64,000 nucleotides of DNA from Methanomassiliicoccaceae archaeon (GCA_963728405.1 CAVSJV010000007.1:128001-192000), one strand, 5' to 3'. Positions 11,705 through 21,587 are shown, numbered from the stretch's first letter. The notes: generated by a model not told the origin, from the letters alone. A program made the numbers and translations.

Positions 11705-11833
11705 TCTATCTCGCATATTCCTTATGCTCTCGAGCAGGGCGGTTGTCCCGAGGTTGGTACAAAACGGGGTCGAGCCAGTCGTCTGGAGAGGTAAAAATCC
11801 CCCCCTGTCCACTTCGCAATTATATCTAGATGG
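11705..11833 (+). repeat. Junction repeat 1 (element right end + tRNA-Ala att core + next left end)
   Basis: TCTATC..CTCGAGC..TTGTCCC-GAGGTT-GGTACAAAA..AGCCAG..AAATCCCCCCCTGTCCACTTC..TATATCTAGATGG. Confidence 0.9.
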
Positions 11834-11986
11834 AAAAACTGCGCTTATTAGTCAATAATTCTATATTTTTACTATGAATGGTAAAATGAAGGAATATTCG
11901 CACTGGCATTATTGAGCTAATCACCCTACGGCCATTCACCTTGGTTTTATTGGTATGTAGAGCGATTATCATTCGAAGTCGATCCC

Positions 11987-12754
11987 ATGATGCTTCAATC
12001 CCCTTGGCCGCCCGTCCCGGGGTCTTTTGTCCTCGGTTCTATGAAATCCCCTGTGGCCGTAGCTATTGTGGGTAGGGCTAGATTTGCTCTGTCGCCTGAA
12101 CACTACTGCATGATGGGCCATCTACGATCCGCCAATCTGGGCATCGAGAAGGTCATTGCCAATATCGTCAGCAACCCCCGCATCCGATTCCTGATCGTAT
12201 GCGGTCGAGAGGAAGGCCATCTGCCTGGCGATGCTATAGTCAGTCTGGCCAATAATGGCATCAACGAGGACACGAGCATCGTTGGCACCAGAGCTCAGTT
12301 GCCATTTCTTTCCGACATTACCCGTGAAGCGATCGCCCGGTTCAGGGAGCAGGTCAAGGTCATCGACCTGATGAATCCAAAAGAATCAGATGGTAGCATT
12401 GATTGGCAGGATCCGCCCTTCGATTTCGATGCTGGACGACTAAAGGAGCTGGAGGATGTCATATCTGAGTGTGAACGAACAGACCCGGGTACGCACCCCG
12501 GGGGGCCGATGATCGTTGCCCTACCTAGGCCATTTCATAGCAAGAAGGATATTGGCATGGTCCTCAAGGACCAGGTGGACAGGATCTCCAGCCTTATGCT
12601 CCGCATGCCCAGCGAGAAATTGAACACCGATAGCGATTTGGTGACCATATCATCGGAGTTCGAGATTATCATGGACCCCGTTGACGGGGCGGTTATGGGG
12701 GTGCCCTCCATCGCCTTCTATAAACGAATGAGGGCATACCTGATGGGGAAGTAG
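11987..12754 (+). CDS. Stand-alone MtrA-like (tetrahydromethanopterin S-methyltransferase subunit A domain) protein
   Basis: WPPVPG..SPVAV, NLGIEKVIANIVSNPRIRFLIVCGREEGHLPG, PFL..EAIARFREQV..IDL; no C-terminal TM anchor. Confidence 0.85.
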   Translation: MMLQSPWPPVPGSFVLGSMKSPVAVAIVGRARFALSPEHYCMMGHLRSANLGIEKVIANIVSNPRIRFLIVCGREEGHLPGDAIVSLANNGINEDTSIVGTRAQLPFLSDITREAIARFREQVKVIDLMNPKESDGSIDWQDPPFDFDAGRLKELEDVISECERTDPGTHPGGPMIVALPRPFHSKKDIGMVLKDQVDRISSLMLRMPSEKLNTDSDLVTISSEFEIIMDPVDGAVMGVPSIAFYKRMRAYLMGK

Positions 12755-12776
12755 AGCGGTTTAGATCATTGAACTT

Positions 12777-13044
12777 ATGAACGAATGCCTTCGGGCGCTC
12801 AAACCTGGCGGCCTGAATCTACTCGGTGAGGAGCGACCACGGCCCACAGTTCGGACAAGGAACCCACTATGGCGAGGATATGTACGCTAATGGCCTGGGC
12901 TTCGAGGTGCAGTTCTTCAGCGAGGACAAAATAAAACGGATGGCCAAAGGATACGAACTGTTGTGGATACGTGAGTTCGAGGAGCAGTCACCTCCTTTCC
13001 CAAGGAAGCTGTACGAGGTCGTGCTGAGAAAGCCTAGCAGGTGA
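12777..13044 (+). pseudogene. C-terminal fragment of a class I SAM-dependent methyltransferase
   Basis: ECLRALKPGGLN..SVRS followed by FFSEDKIKR. Confidence 0.55.
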
Positions 13045-13227
13045 GTTCTAAACGGGAGGTTAGAGCGTGCAGTGTACCGTATTATGGGGGGAGGGGAAAA
13101 TTCTTAACTTCCGAATGCTTCCAAATTGTTAATCCGGAAGCTCTTCTTGAACTGCCCCGCATCTAATCTTTTTACTATCTTCCGAACTTCCTACTAAAAA
13201 AAGAAAAGGAAAAAGTTTAGGGCGACA

Positions 13228-13355
13228 CTATCGCATTTCTTCCTTGAGCATCCGAGCAAGTAGCTGTTCTTCCGGATGGTACAAACGAGGGGTTAGCTAG
13301 TCAGTTTGGAGAGTAAAAATCCCCCCCCCGTCCACTTCTAACTATATCCAGATGG
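13228..13355 (+). repeat. Junction repeat 2
   Basis: CTATCGCA..CCGAGC..GGTACAAA..TTAGCTAG..TGGAGAGTAAAAATC9GTCCACTTCTAACTATATCCAGATGG. Confidence 0.85.
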
Positions 13356-13540
13356 TTCGTATTTTGAATCTATAACGGGCTTCCGCAACGTTATTGCCGG
13401 TTCGTCCTTCCAGGCATCCTTTAGTTGCTTACCGGGCACCTTGCTCCATACGGTAGTAGGAGCGTTGCGTCGTCGTTAGGGAATTGTGCCTCAACTGCGC
13501 GGACATGGCCGGGAGGAGGCCCATGTCGATGTTCACGATG
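13338..13540 (-). pseudogene. 3' remnant of a tyrosine integrase (family of the 42084 integrase)
   Basis: VNIDMGLLPAMSAQLRHNSLTTTQRSYY..KQLKDAW..KPVIDSKYEPSGYS* aligns with TLGHSNVKTTQRYY..INKLW..GRIDSLKWLPGYY*. Confidence 0.7.
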
Positions 13541-13563
13541 TGCCATTCCATTTTAAAAACGAT

Positions 13564-14480
13564 CTATACGGAAAATAGTTTGGTGCTTAGGTATTTTTCG
13601 CCCCGGTCAGGTAAAATAGTTACAATAACGCCGGACTTTATCTGCTTGGCTATCTCGATGGCAGCGTACATTGCGGCACCGCTGCTCATACCAACGAAGA
13701 TCCCTTCCTGTTTAACGATCTGACGGGTCATCTCATAAGCTATTTCCGTCTCGACCATGATGGTGATGTCGATCTGGGTAGGGTCATATATCGCCGGGAC
13801 AATGGCTTCTTCCATGTTCTTTAATCCCTGGATATAGTGTCCTTTAACAGGGTGGGCGCTGACTATCTTTATTTGCGGATTATGTTCCTTTAACGCTTTA
13901 CCTACGCCCATTATCGTGCCAGAAGTGCCTAACGCCGATACAAAATAGTCTACTTTGCCTCCAGTTTGCTTCCAGATCTCATCCCCGGTCGTCTTATAAT
14001 GCGCAAGCTGGTTATATTGGTTGGAAAATTGGTCCGGCATGAAGTACTTTTGAGGATTTGCCTTGACCAATTCCCGTGCCTTTCCTAATGGCGCCGTCGG
14101 TGCCGTATTTCCCCTCGCTTAAGGTGACGATTCCGCCGAACGCTTTGATCATCTGTCGTCTCTCTACCGAGACGGTATTCACTCATAACGATCTCTACTT
14201 CGTAACCCTTGATCGCCCCGATCATCGCTAAAGCCACGCCGGTATTTCCCGACGTTGGTTCGATGATAGTTTTATTTTTAGTCAGCGTGCCCTCATCTTC
14301 AGCCTGCTGGATCATGCTTAAGGCAATCCGGTCTTTGATACTGCCAGTAGGATTGAATCCCTCTACTTTGGCATATATCGTCGTGTTCTTGTTCGGATTA
14401 AGCTTGTTTATCCTGACCAAGGGGGTATTGCCGATCGTCTGGAGGATATTTTCTTTAAAATCGGCCGATGGCGTTTTCAT
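13564..14480 (-). pseudogene. Cysteine synthase (O-acetylserine sulfhydrylase CysK/CysM family), frameshifted
   Basis: [46 protein letters not shown]; two ORF halves. Confidence 0.9.
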
Positions 14481-14580
14481 GTTATATTCCCCCTGTGAAA
14501 GGGGAGAGCATTTATAAATAAAATATATCACAGCTAAGAAATATCAGCGACTAGTGCGGTTGTTGAATCCGGTTCAAAAA

Positions 14581-14704
14581 TCTATCGCACGAATTTCTTT
14601 AGTTCTCGAGCGGGTTTGTTGTCCTGAACTTGGTACAAAACAGGGTCAAGCCAGATGTCTCGAGGGCATCAAATCCCCCCCGTCCACTTCTAACAATATC
14701 CAGG
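14581..14704 (+). repeat. Junction repeat 3
   Basis: TCTATCGCA..CTCGAGC..TTGTCCT-GAACTT-GGTACAAAA..AGCCAG..TCAAATC7GTCCACTTCTAACAATATCCAGG. Confidence 0.88.
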
Positions 14705-14887
14705 CAAATATCTTCCGTTGTCAATTAATGGCCCTTGGTGATACATAGGGTGGGGGCTTCCTTTATTGGCCAGGCCTCTTCTAACTATCTCCTGACGGCG
14801 ATCCCCCATTATCCATCACGAGGGGCCTTTCGTGGTCGTTGAGGTGATCGGCCGCACAAACAATTATACGCATCGAATTATGATAAA

Positions 14888-15193
14888 ATGGGTAAGGTGC
14901 ATCATCATATGCCAATTGATTGGGACATGGAAGACTGCGATGAGGATATCACCCCTGACCTCATTGCCGCTCTAAATTCGATCTGGGATGAATTACCTGC
15001 AAGGATGCAGAACAGCATAATATCCTATCTAAATTTTGAGGATAACGGCAAATGGGAGCTAACTATCGAATTTTTCATATCGGAAGAAGGAAAGCCAGTT
15101 TCCCTGATGATGGTTATTGAGAACACTGATGACATCGATAGCGATATAACCTACACAGAATCGATAAACATTGATTTTAATAAAAATGAATAG
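14888..15193 (+). CDS. Small acidic hypothetical protein
   Basis: 101-aa D/E-rich ORF in an AT-rich patch. Confidence 0.55.
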   Translation: MGKVHHHMPIDWDMEDCDEDITPDLIAALNSIWDELPARMQNSIISYLNFEDNGKWELTIEFFISEEGKPVSLMMVIENTDDIDSDITYTESINIDFNKNE

Positions 15194-15609
15194 ATGCACG
15201 CCCAAAGTACTGATCTTCAGAGGCCTACGTTAAATTACTGTCAGGATCAAGGCCGAATTTAACGTAATACCTAGCCCCTGAAGCGCCCCCTCATAACACG
15301 GGGTCAGGGTCACAGGGGGCATCCGCCGTCGGCCGACGGCTCGCGCCGATCGGAGGCAGCACACTCGGTAATCTGGTGCTGCTCGAGGCGGTCAGATTCC
15401 TCTCCGCGGCCGGCGGGGCCTACGGCAGCCCGAGGTACGAAGAACACGGTGCCAACTACGAGCTCAATCTTGCCGCTTTAACAAGGATTAACCCTCGTAG
15501 CTTGTCAGAAGAGCCCCCGGGCCGTCTAATCGGAGAGGTCTCTAGGGGTGGCAAAGATTAATGGGGTCAGTAGCTCAATCTGGACCTGTTTCTAAAGGGG
15601 GGCAGTGTT

Positions 15610-16566
15610 TTGTTCGCTATCGAGGTCAAGCATCTTTCCAAGCAGTTCGATGATTTCCGGGCACTGTCCAATGTGAGCTTCTCGGTGGAGGACGGCGAAA
15701 CATTCGGTTTCCTCGGCCCTAACGGTGCTGGAAAGACCACAACGATCCGTATCCTGACCGGCATATCTGCCCCGACGGAAGGTACGGCCACCATCTTTGG
15801 CCGAGACATCGTTAAGGAGACCATCGCCGCGAGGAAGCTGATGGGCATAGTCCCGGAAACGTCGAACATCTACGACGACCTCACTGCCTGGCGGAACCTG
15901 ATGTTCTCCGCCGAGCTCTATGGCATCACTAGGAGCGTGAGGGAGAAACGCGGAAAGGAACTTCTGGAACTTTTTAGTTTATGGTCGAGGAAGGACGATA
16001 AGGCCCGTGGTTTCTCCAAAGGGATGAAGCGCCGACTAACGCTGGCGATGGGGCTCATTAATGAGCCTCAATTGCTCTTTCTGGACGAGCCTACGTCTGG
16101 ACTGGACGTACAGAGTAACCTCATCATCCGCGAAATCATTCGTGACCTGAACTCGAAAGGGGTGACGGTGTTCCTGACCACCCATAACATCGAGGAAGCC
16201 AACCTCCTCTGCGATAGGGTAGCCATCATAAACAAGGGGCGCATCGCCGCCATCGATTCACCTGAGAAGCTCAAGGGGGCCATTCAGAGCGTGCAATCGG
16301 TGGAGGTCGCGTTCGACCACGCCTCTCTCGATCTGATGGAAGTTCTGAGGGGCATCGCTACGGTCAGCGAGGTCCGAAAGGAAGGGGACAAATATCGGCT
16401 CTTCACCGAGGACCCCTCGACGGTCATCGCCCAGCTCACGGGGTACGCGAACGCCCACGGCAATACTATCGTAAGCTTGAACACCTACGGGCCGAGCCTC
16501 GAGGATGTCTTCATCAAGCTCACCGGCCTGGATGTCCGGACCAGGGGGGTGAGGACCGTTGAATGA
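15610..16566 (+). CDS. ABC transporter ATP-binding protein (DrrA-like)
   Basis: GPNGAGKTT, FSKGM, LFLDEPT. Confidence 0.92.
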   Translation: MFAIEVKHLSKQFDDFRALSNVSFSVEDGETFGFLGPNGAGKTTTIRILTGISAPTEGTATIFGRDIVKETIAARKLMGIVPETSNIYDDLTAWRNLMFSAELYGITRSVREKRGKELLELFSLWSRKDDKARGFSKGMKRRLTLAMGLINEPQLLFLDEPTSGLDVQSNLIIREIIRDLNSKGVTVFLTTHNIEEANLLCDRVAIINKGRIAAIDSPEKLKGAIQSVQSVEVAFDHASLDLMEVLRGIATVSEVRKEGDKYRLFTEDPSTVIAQLTGYANAHGNTIVSLNTYGPSLEDVFIKLTGLDVRTRGVRTVE

Positions 16567-17317
16567 GCACATTTGGTATGATCAGGTAATATCCGAGATC
16601 AAGGCTGCCTGGGCCATCGCCAAGAAGGACATGAAGATCTACTACATCAAGCCGAACATCATCGTTTCCGGGGTGCTATTCCCACTTTTCATGTTCCTGG
16701 CCTTCTCGGTCAGCAACACCTCAGGCCCTTCGGTCCTGATACCCGGTCTGATCGCCATCACCATTCTATTCTCCGCATCATCGATCGAGCCGGTATCCAT
16801 CCCCATAGAGCGGAGGACGAAGACCTTCGATCGTCTCCTCTCAGCGCCGGTGTCCCTGAATGCGGTCGTTCTGGGGGAGAGCTTGAGCGGCTTCTTGTAC
16901 AGTCTGGGCATCGCCTTCGTTCCATTGGTCGCTGGGTTCCTGGTCTTCAGTGCGTCCATCGTGGACGTCCTCCCCCTCGTCCTTGGGCTCCTCTTGACCT
17001 CGTTCTGCATCGCCTCTATGGGAACGCTGTTCGCGGCCTATCCCACCGAGAGCCCCGGGGACATCATGTCCATGCTAAACGTGGTCCGGCTGCCACTGGT
17101 CTTCATCTCGGGAGTATTCATCCCTCTGGCGTCGATACCGGCCATCGGCCAGTTCGTGACCTACTTCTCCCCGCTCACCTACGGTTACGACCTCATCCAC
17201 GCCGCTTATTCCGGTACATCGCACTTCGATCCCATCATCGACGTGCTGATGTTACTGGTCTTCATCGTGTTCTTCCAACTGCTGGCCGACCGACTCTATA
17301 AGAGGTACAACGCCTGA
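16559..17317 (+). CDS. ABC-2 type permease
   Basis: About six TM segments, ERR..TFDRLL, FISGVFIP, SPLTY; overlaps the ATPase gene. Confidence 0.9.
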   Translation: MNEHIWYDQVISEIKAAWAIAKKDMKIYYIKPNIIVSGVLFPLFMFLAFSVSNTSGPSVLIPGLIAITILFSASSIEPVSIPIERRTKTFDRLLSAPVSLNAVVLGESLSGFLYSLGIAFVPLVAGFLVFSASIVDVLPLVLGLLLTSFCIASMGTLFAAYPTESPGDIMSMLNVVRLPLVFISGVFIPLASIPAIGQFVTYFSPLTYGYDLIHAAYSGTSHFDPIIDVLMLLVFIVFFQLLADRLYKRYNA

Positions 17318-17584
17318 GCGGCCAGTGGAGCGCCGTTACTCGCCGACAGCCATTGGGGGGCGGGTGTCGCTGCCATCCATGAAGGTGGCTCGGACGAAAT
17401 GGGCCTGTACTGCCTATCCGGATCCCCTCGATGGGCGCGAGAACACCAAGACGGTCATCGACCGGGGCCTGGACCTGGCAAAGTCACCGGGTGCCGGGGT
17501 CACCGCCCGGAGCGTCGACGTGGCCGAAGCGGCCGTCGGGAATGCGTTCCGCTCTGTACTGGTCGTTCGCATACCGAGCAAAGG

Positions 17585-19039
17585 CTAGGTCTTCTTCAGG
17601 ATCTTCTTCAGGATCTCCTTATCTTCTTGGTTGATACCTTTAAGGAGGAACAATAGGCCGAAGTAGACGACGATACCGACTCCCAGGGCGATGAAGAGGT
17701 TCATCCCGGGGATCAGCAGTAAGGCCACACCCATACCGACCACGGCCACCAATGGTTTTAGCGCGATGTCCACGAGATCGACCTTGAACACCTTGGTGCT
17801 CAAGAAGTAGAAGGTCGTGGACACCAGGGCCAGGTACGCGAAGGTGAAGGCCAGGGCCGCCCCATTCTGGTCTAGGAACGGAATGAAAGCGAAACACAGG
17901 ATCAGGTTCGCCAGGGCCCCGATGCCGTTAGCTACAGTGATGAGCCTGATATGCCGGGCCGATGCGAGCACGCTGCCCATGCCCGAGTCGAAGAAACTTA
18001 TCGCTACAGCGGGGATGAGGATCTGGAAGACCGTGATGGCCGGAAGGTACTGGGAGCCATAGAAGAGAAGGATGATCTTGTCCGCCAGGATGACGCCACC
18101 CACGGCGATGGGCAGGCCGAGAGCGAACATGTACTTCATGACCTTCTGCTGCATGAGCTGGGTCATCTCCACCGAGTTGCGGTACATGCGGGAGATCACC
18201 GGGAGCAGGGAGATGATCAGGACGTTCGGTATGGCGATCAGCGCGGTGACCATGTTGAAAGAGAGGTTATACATGCCCGTGGCCGTCAGTGCCGCGGAGT
18301 ACCCTAGGCCACCCCAGACCAGGATGAGCTGCACCAGGACAGCGTTGATCGAATACAGCGATGTGATGAACACATTAGATATGGCGTAGGGTACCGCTTC
18401 CCGCAGCTGCCTAGCTGCCTTGCTCAGGTCAGGCCTGCGGACCGGTCGTACCACCAGGCGGGAGCAGACCAGGTACCCCAGGAGGAACTGGAGGATGGAA
18501 CCGGTCAGGACGACCAGGGCGACTGCGTCGAGGCCGAACCCCAGCACCACCAGGACGATGGCGACGGTGACCGTGAACAGCCTCTCGACGATCGTGATGA
18601 AGAGGGTCAGGTGCATCCGCTCGAACGTGATATACATGGCATTGAAGGCCTGGTTGAGCCAGCTGAACGCGGTGGCGAAAGCGATGATCATGATGGCATA
18701 GGAAACGTCGGCCGGCTGGTTCTCCAAGAGCACTATCGCGAAGGTTAGTGCGAGCGCTACTCCCCCCAGTATGACTCGGAGGAACAGAGTGTTGGTGAGG
18801 TGTTGAGGGGCCAGGTCCTTGTTGGGCGCGACCTCGACCACCATCTGGAACCCCAAATTGAAATCGGCGATGAGGAAGACCAGGGAGCAGAGGGAAAAGG
18901 CCAATGTATAGGCGCCGTAGTTTTCGCTGCCCAGATAGCGGGCAAGGTAGATCGAGAGTATGAAGGTGGAAAGCTGGGCCAGCAGTTGCACCATGGCTAT
19001 GGCTAGAGCATTCCTAGTGACGTTGCGTACTAATCCCAT
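17585..19039 (-). CDS. Polysaccharide flippase (Wzx/RfbX family)
   Basis: ARYLGSENYGAY, about 14 TM segments. Confidence 0.88.
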   Translation of the reverse strand: MGLVRNVTRNALAIAMVQLLAQLSTFILSIYLARYLGSENYGAYTLAFSLCSLVFLIADFNLGFQMVVEVAPNKDLAPQHLTNTLFLRVILGGVALALTFAIVLLENQPADVSYAIMIIAFATAFSWLNQAFNAMYITFERMHLTLFITIVERLFTVTVAIVLVVLGFGLDAVALVVLTGSILQFLLGYLVCSRLVVRPVRRPDLSKAARQLREAVPYAISNVFITSLYSINAVLVQLILVWGGLGYSAALTATGMYNLSFNMVTALIAIPNVLIISLLPVISRMYRNSVEMTQLMQQKVMKYMFALGLPIAVGGVILADKIILLFYGSQYLPAITVFQILIPAVAISFFDSGMGSVLASARHIRLITVANGIGALANLILCFAFIPFLDQNGAALAFTFAYLALVSTTFYFLSTKVFKVDLVDIALKPLVAVVGMGVALLLIPGMNLFIALGVGIVVYFGLLFLLKGINQEDKEILKKILKKT

Positions 19040-19378
19040 GGGTTGACCTGCATCATTGGAAGGTACGGCCCTTGGACCGGCCTATCAACTGTCATGAGTT
19101 TTGTTCCTAAGGTCGAGCAGCCGGACCGGGGCTCACTGACGCCGACAGCCATCGTACCACCTTTCACTCCCCATCTATTGGAGCCAGCGAGGTCATTTAT
19201 TTTGCTTTCAGTTCGGCCATATTGTGAGGAGGGCACAATGCTCAGGATCCGGAGCTAAAAAATGCTAGAGTGGCAAAGGTTGGTCTGATCTGGTTCTCCA
19301 GGCCCGTACGCTTCCTCTGCCCCTGGTCTGATATCATCCTTCTGCTCCTTTTTTTTCGGTTCTTCATTTCGGCGCCGA

Positions 19379-20194
19379 TCACTTGACCTCTGACCATGGC
19401 GCGTCGAGGAACGACATGGCAGGGCCAACCAGCCCGGGAGAAGATAGGACATCATAGTGGGTCATCCCTGGAAGAATGGCGAGCCGCGCCGTAGGCCTTC
19501 CGGAACCGTCCAAGCCAGCGTCCCGCTGCCCACCGCCGAGCAGCGCGAAGAACTCCATTATGTGCCCCAAGCGGACGGCGTCTGCATCGGCGAAGACGAT
19601 CATCATTGGTGACCTGATCTCCGCTACGTCCTTCGACCAGTCATAGTCCTGCCTCAGCAGCTCCCCCAGCCTGGTGAAAAGCACCGCCCAATCTGCGTCA
19701 GGATAAAGCCGGTCTAGAGGGCTCTGCTTCATGTACTTCGCAGCTTCGGGGCCCATCTGGGCCATGTTCTCTAGGACCTCAGGATACCAGCCGTCACGTT
19801 TGAAGGGAGTGGAAATGATCACAAGTTTGCTCACCGCCTCCGGATGCCGGATGGCGGTCTGCAGGCTGACCCCGCCGCCCAGCGAGTAGCCCATGATGTC
19901 GGCACTGGCGATGCCGAGATGCTTCATCAGAGCGGCGATGTCATCGGCCATCTGCTCGAAACGGAGCGGGCGATCGAGGGTAGCCGTACGTCCATGGCCT
20001 TCCAAATGGACGGTTATGACCTGCCTGTTCTCCGAGAGCTTCGGCAAGATGGGGTCGAACATCTCGCTCGCACTTACGCCGCCATGAAGGAGGATCAACG
20101 GTCTTCCGGACCCGTGGGCCTCATAATACATATTGAGGCCGTTCACCGATGCATAGCTGCCTACGATCTTAGTTGGTGTGCTCATCGCCCTCAT
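19379..20194 (-). CDS. Alpha/beta hydrolase
   Basis: LLHGG, GHGRT, GYSLGG nucleophile elbow. Confidence 0.9.
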   Translation of the reverse strand: MRAMSTPTKIVGSYASVNGLNMYYEAHGSGRPLILLHGGVSASEMFDPILPKLSENRQVITVHLEGHGRTATLDRPLRFEQMADDIAALMKHLGIASADIMGYSLGGGVSLQTAIRHPEAVSKLVIISTPFKRDGWYPEVLENMAQMGPEAAKYMKQSPLDRLYPDADWAVLFTRLGELLRQDYDWSKDVAEIRSPMMIVFADADAVRLGHIMEFFALLGGGQRDAGLDGSGRPTARLAILPGMTHYDVLSSPGLVGPAMSFLDAPWSEVK

Positions 20195-20213
20195 CCATTC
20201 ACCTCCACTCGGG

Positions 20214-21170
20214 TCATGGTCGCCCCATAGCTGCCGTTCTAGCTTCTTGTTGTTTGTTCGATGGGCTCTCCTTTACCATCTCCCGGACGTCCAAAGGAAC
20301 TCCCCTGCTCTCGTCCCGGACCAGAGAGCGGGCGTTCTGGGGGCACGATCCCACGCAGACCCCGCAGCCCATGCACGTCTCCGTGTCGTTCACGATGGTC
20401 CGCCCCTCAGAGGTGACCGCATCAAAGGGGCAGGCATCGACGCACTTGCCGCAGGATGTGCAGGTTCCGGGATCGACCTTGATGGAGAACCCAGACGGCG
20501 TCAGGAATGAGGTATGGTATCGGTTCATCATGCGGATCCCCAGGCAGTGGTCCTTGCAGCAGTTGCAGAGGGAATAGAAGCGGTTCAGCATGGCGTCCTT
20601 GAAGTAGGCGGTGTGCATGTGTCCCCGTTCATGCTCCTGCCGAAGGACCTCCAGAGCCTCCTCCTGGGTCACTCTCCGGCTGGTCTCTGGCTGCTCGGCC
20701 AGCACCAGGTCGGTAAATGGCTTCCCGATGATCATGCATACTTGGCTCGGTTGGCAGTCGCTCCCCAGGGCGCGGCGGCAGGCGCACTCTAAGAGAACGA
20801 TATCGGCAGGGGCGTTCAGCATGAATTTCCGAGCCATGGCATAGGGAACGACCTGCTCTAGGTCGCGCAGGGAAATGTCCCGATCGACGCTGATTATCGC
20901 CTCCGCTTGATCGAGGGTGACCACCTTGCCGTGGTAGTGCTGGCTGAATTTCTCTTTCGATCCCTTCCCGGTGAACGGCCCGCGGATGTTCTTCTGGAAC
21001 CAAAAGTACTGCGAGGTTCCATAAACGGACGCGACCAATTTTTGAATGGCGGTCAGACCTTCGACCTTCGCCTCATCCAAGAACGCTTTTCGGGCATCCC
21101 TTTTCGCATCACTGGCTGTCGATATCCCATCATCTCCTGTTCCGACAGATAATTTGATGGGGAACCCCAC
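20214..21170 (-). CDS. 4Fe-4S ferredoxin-domain protein
   Basis: CACR, LCNCC, two CxxCxxCxxxCP motifs. Confidence 0.85.
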   Translation of the reverse strand: MGFPIKLSVGTGDDGISTASDAKRDARKAFLDEAKVEGLTAIQKLVASVYGTSQYFWFQKNIRGPFTGKGSKEKFSQHYHGKVVTLDQAEAIISVDRDISLRDLEQVVPYAMARKFMLNAPADIVLLECACRRALGSDCQPSQVCMIIGKPFTDLVLAEQPETSRRVTQEEALEVLRQEHERGHMHTAYFKDAMLNRFYSLCNCCKDHCLGIRMMNRYHTSFLTPSGFSIKVDPGTCTSCGKCVDACPFDAVTSEGRTIVNDTETCMGCGVCVGSCPQNARSLVRDESRGVPLDVREMVKESPSNKQQEARTAAMGRP

Positions 21171-21245
21171 CTACATATCAGTATCTTGGCCGGCCTAGGG
21201 GGCCGGATCACTATCCAATTTCCGGCCTCTGATCTTGGAGGTCGA

Positions 21246-21587
21246 CTAGGCTCGGTCGATCAGGGTCGGGACATTAGTACCGATTCTCGTCACCGTGTCC
21301 AGGGTCAACAGCCGGGCCTCGGTGCAGAGCTCCTTGCCCCGAGCAAAGAAATCTTTGAACTCCTTTGTCTCCCTCCATCGAGCTAGGGCCTCATCGCTCG
21401 TCCAGGAGCCGAAGGCGACAAAGACATTAGGGTCCGATCGGTCGTGCGTAAGATAGGCCTCGATCGCTCCAAATTGGTTATCGATGGTCCACTTGGCGAA
21501 AGCCTTCCAGGAACTGATGAACTCCTCTTCATTTCCTTCCTTAACGGTCCATAGGCCCATCGCGAAAAAGCTCACCTCGTCTACCAT
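21246..21587 (-). CDS. Antibiotic biosynthesis monooxygenase (ABM) domain protein
   Basis: VKEGNEEEF..DPNVF..W.S.EAL..W pattern. Confidence 0.75.
   Translation of the reverse strand: MVDEVSFFAMGLWTVKEGNEEEFISSWKAFAKWTIDNQFGAIEAYLTHDRSDPNVFVAFGSWTSDEALARWRETKEFKDFFARGKELCTEARLLTLDTVTRIGTNVPTLIDRA

Larger units (their letters stand above)
2482..11813. mobile_element. Integrated element 1 at tRNA-Ala (integrase, replication module, RM cargo)
   Basis: Identical 19-bp direct repeat AAATCCCCCCCTGTCCACT at 2482-2500 and 11795-11813; integrase abuts the tRNA; AT-rich cargo. Confidence 0.9.

Noticed and set aside
11705-14704. Junction repeats read as a CRISPR array or classical integron attC sites
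   Set aside because: Spacing is 1.3-1.5 kb, the repeats contain the tRNA 3' end, and I saw no cas genes or attC R-box hairpin structure
15270-15570. GC-rich intergenic stretch as SRP or RNase P RNA
   Set aside because: No SRP helix-8 or RNase P GAGGAAAGTCC-type signature on either strand; more likely a gene remnant
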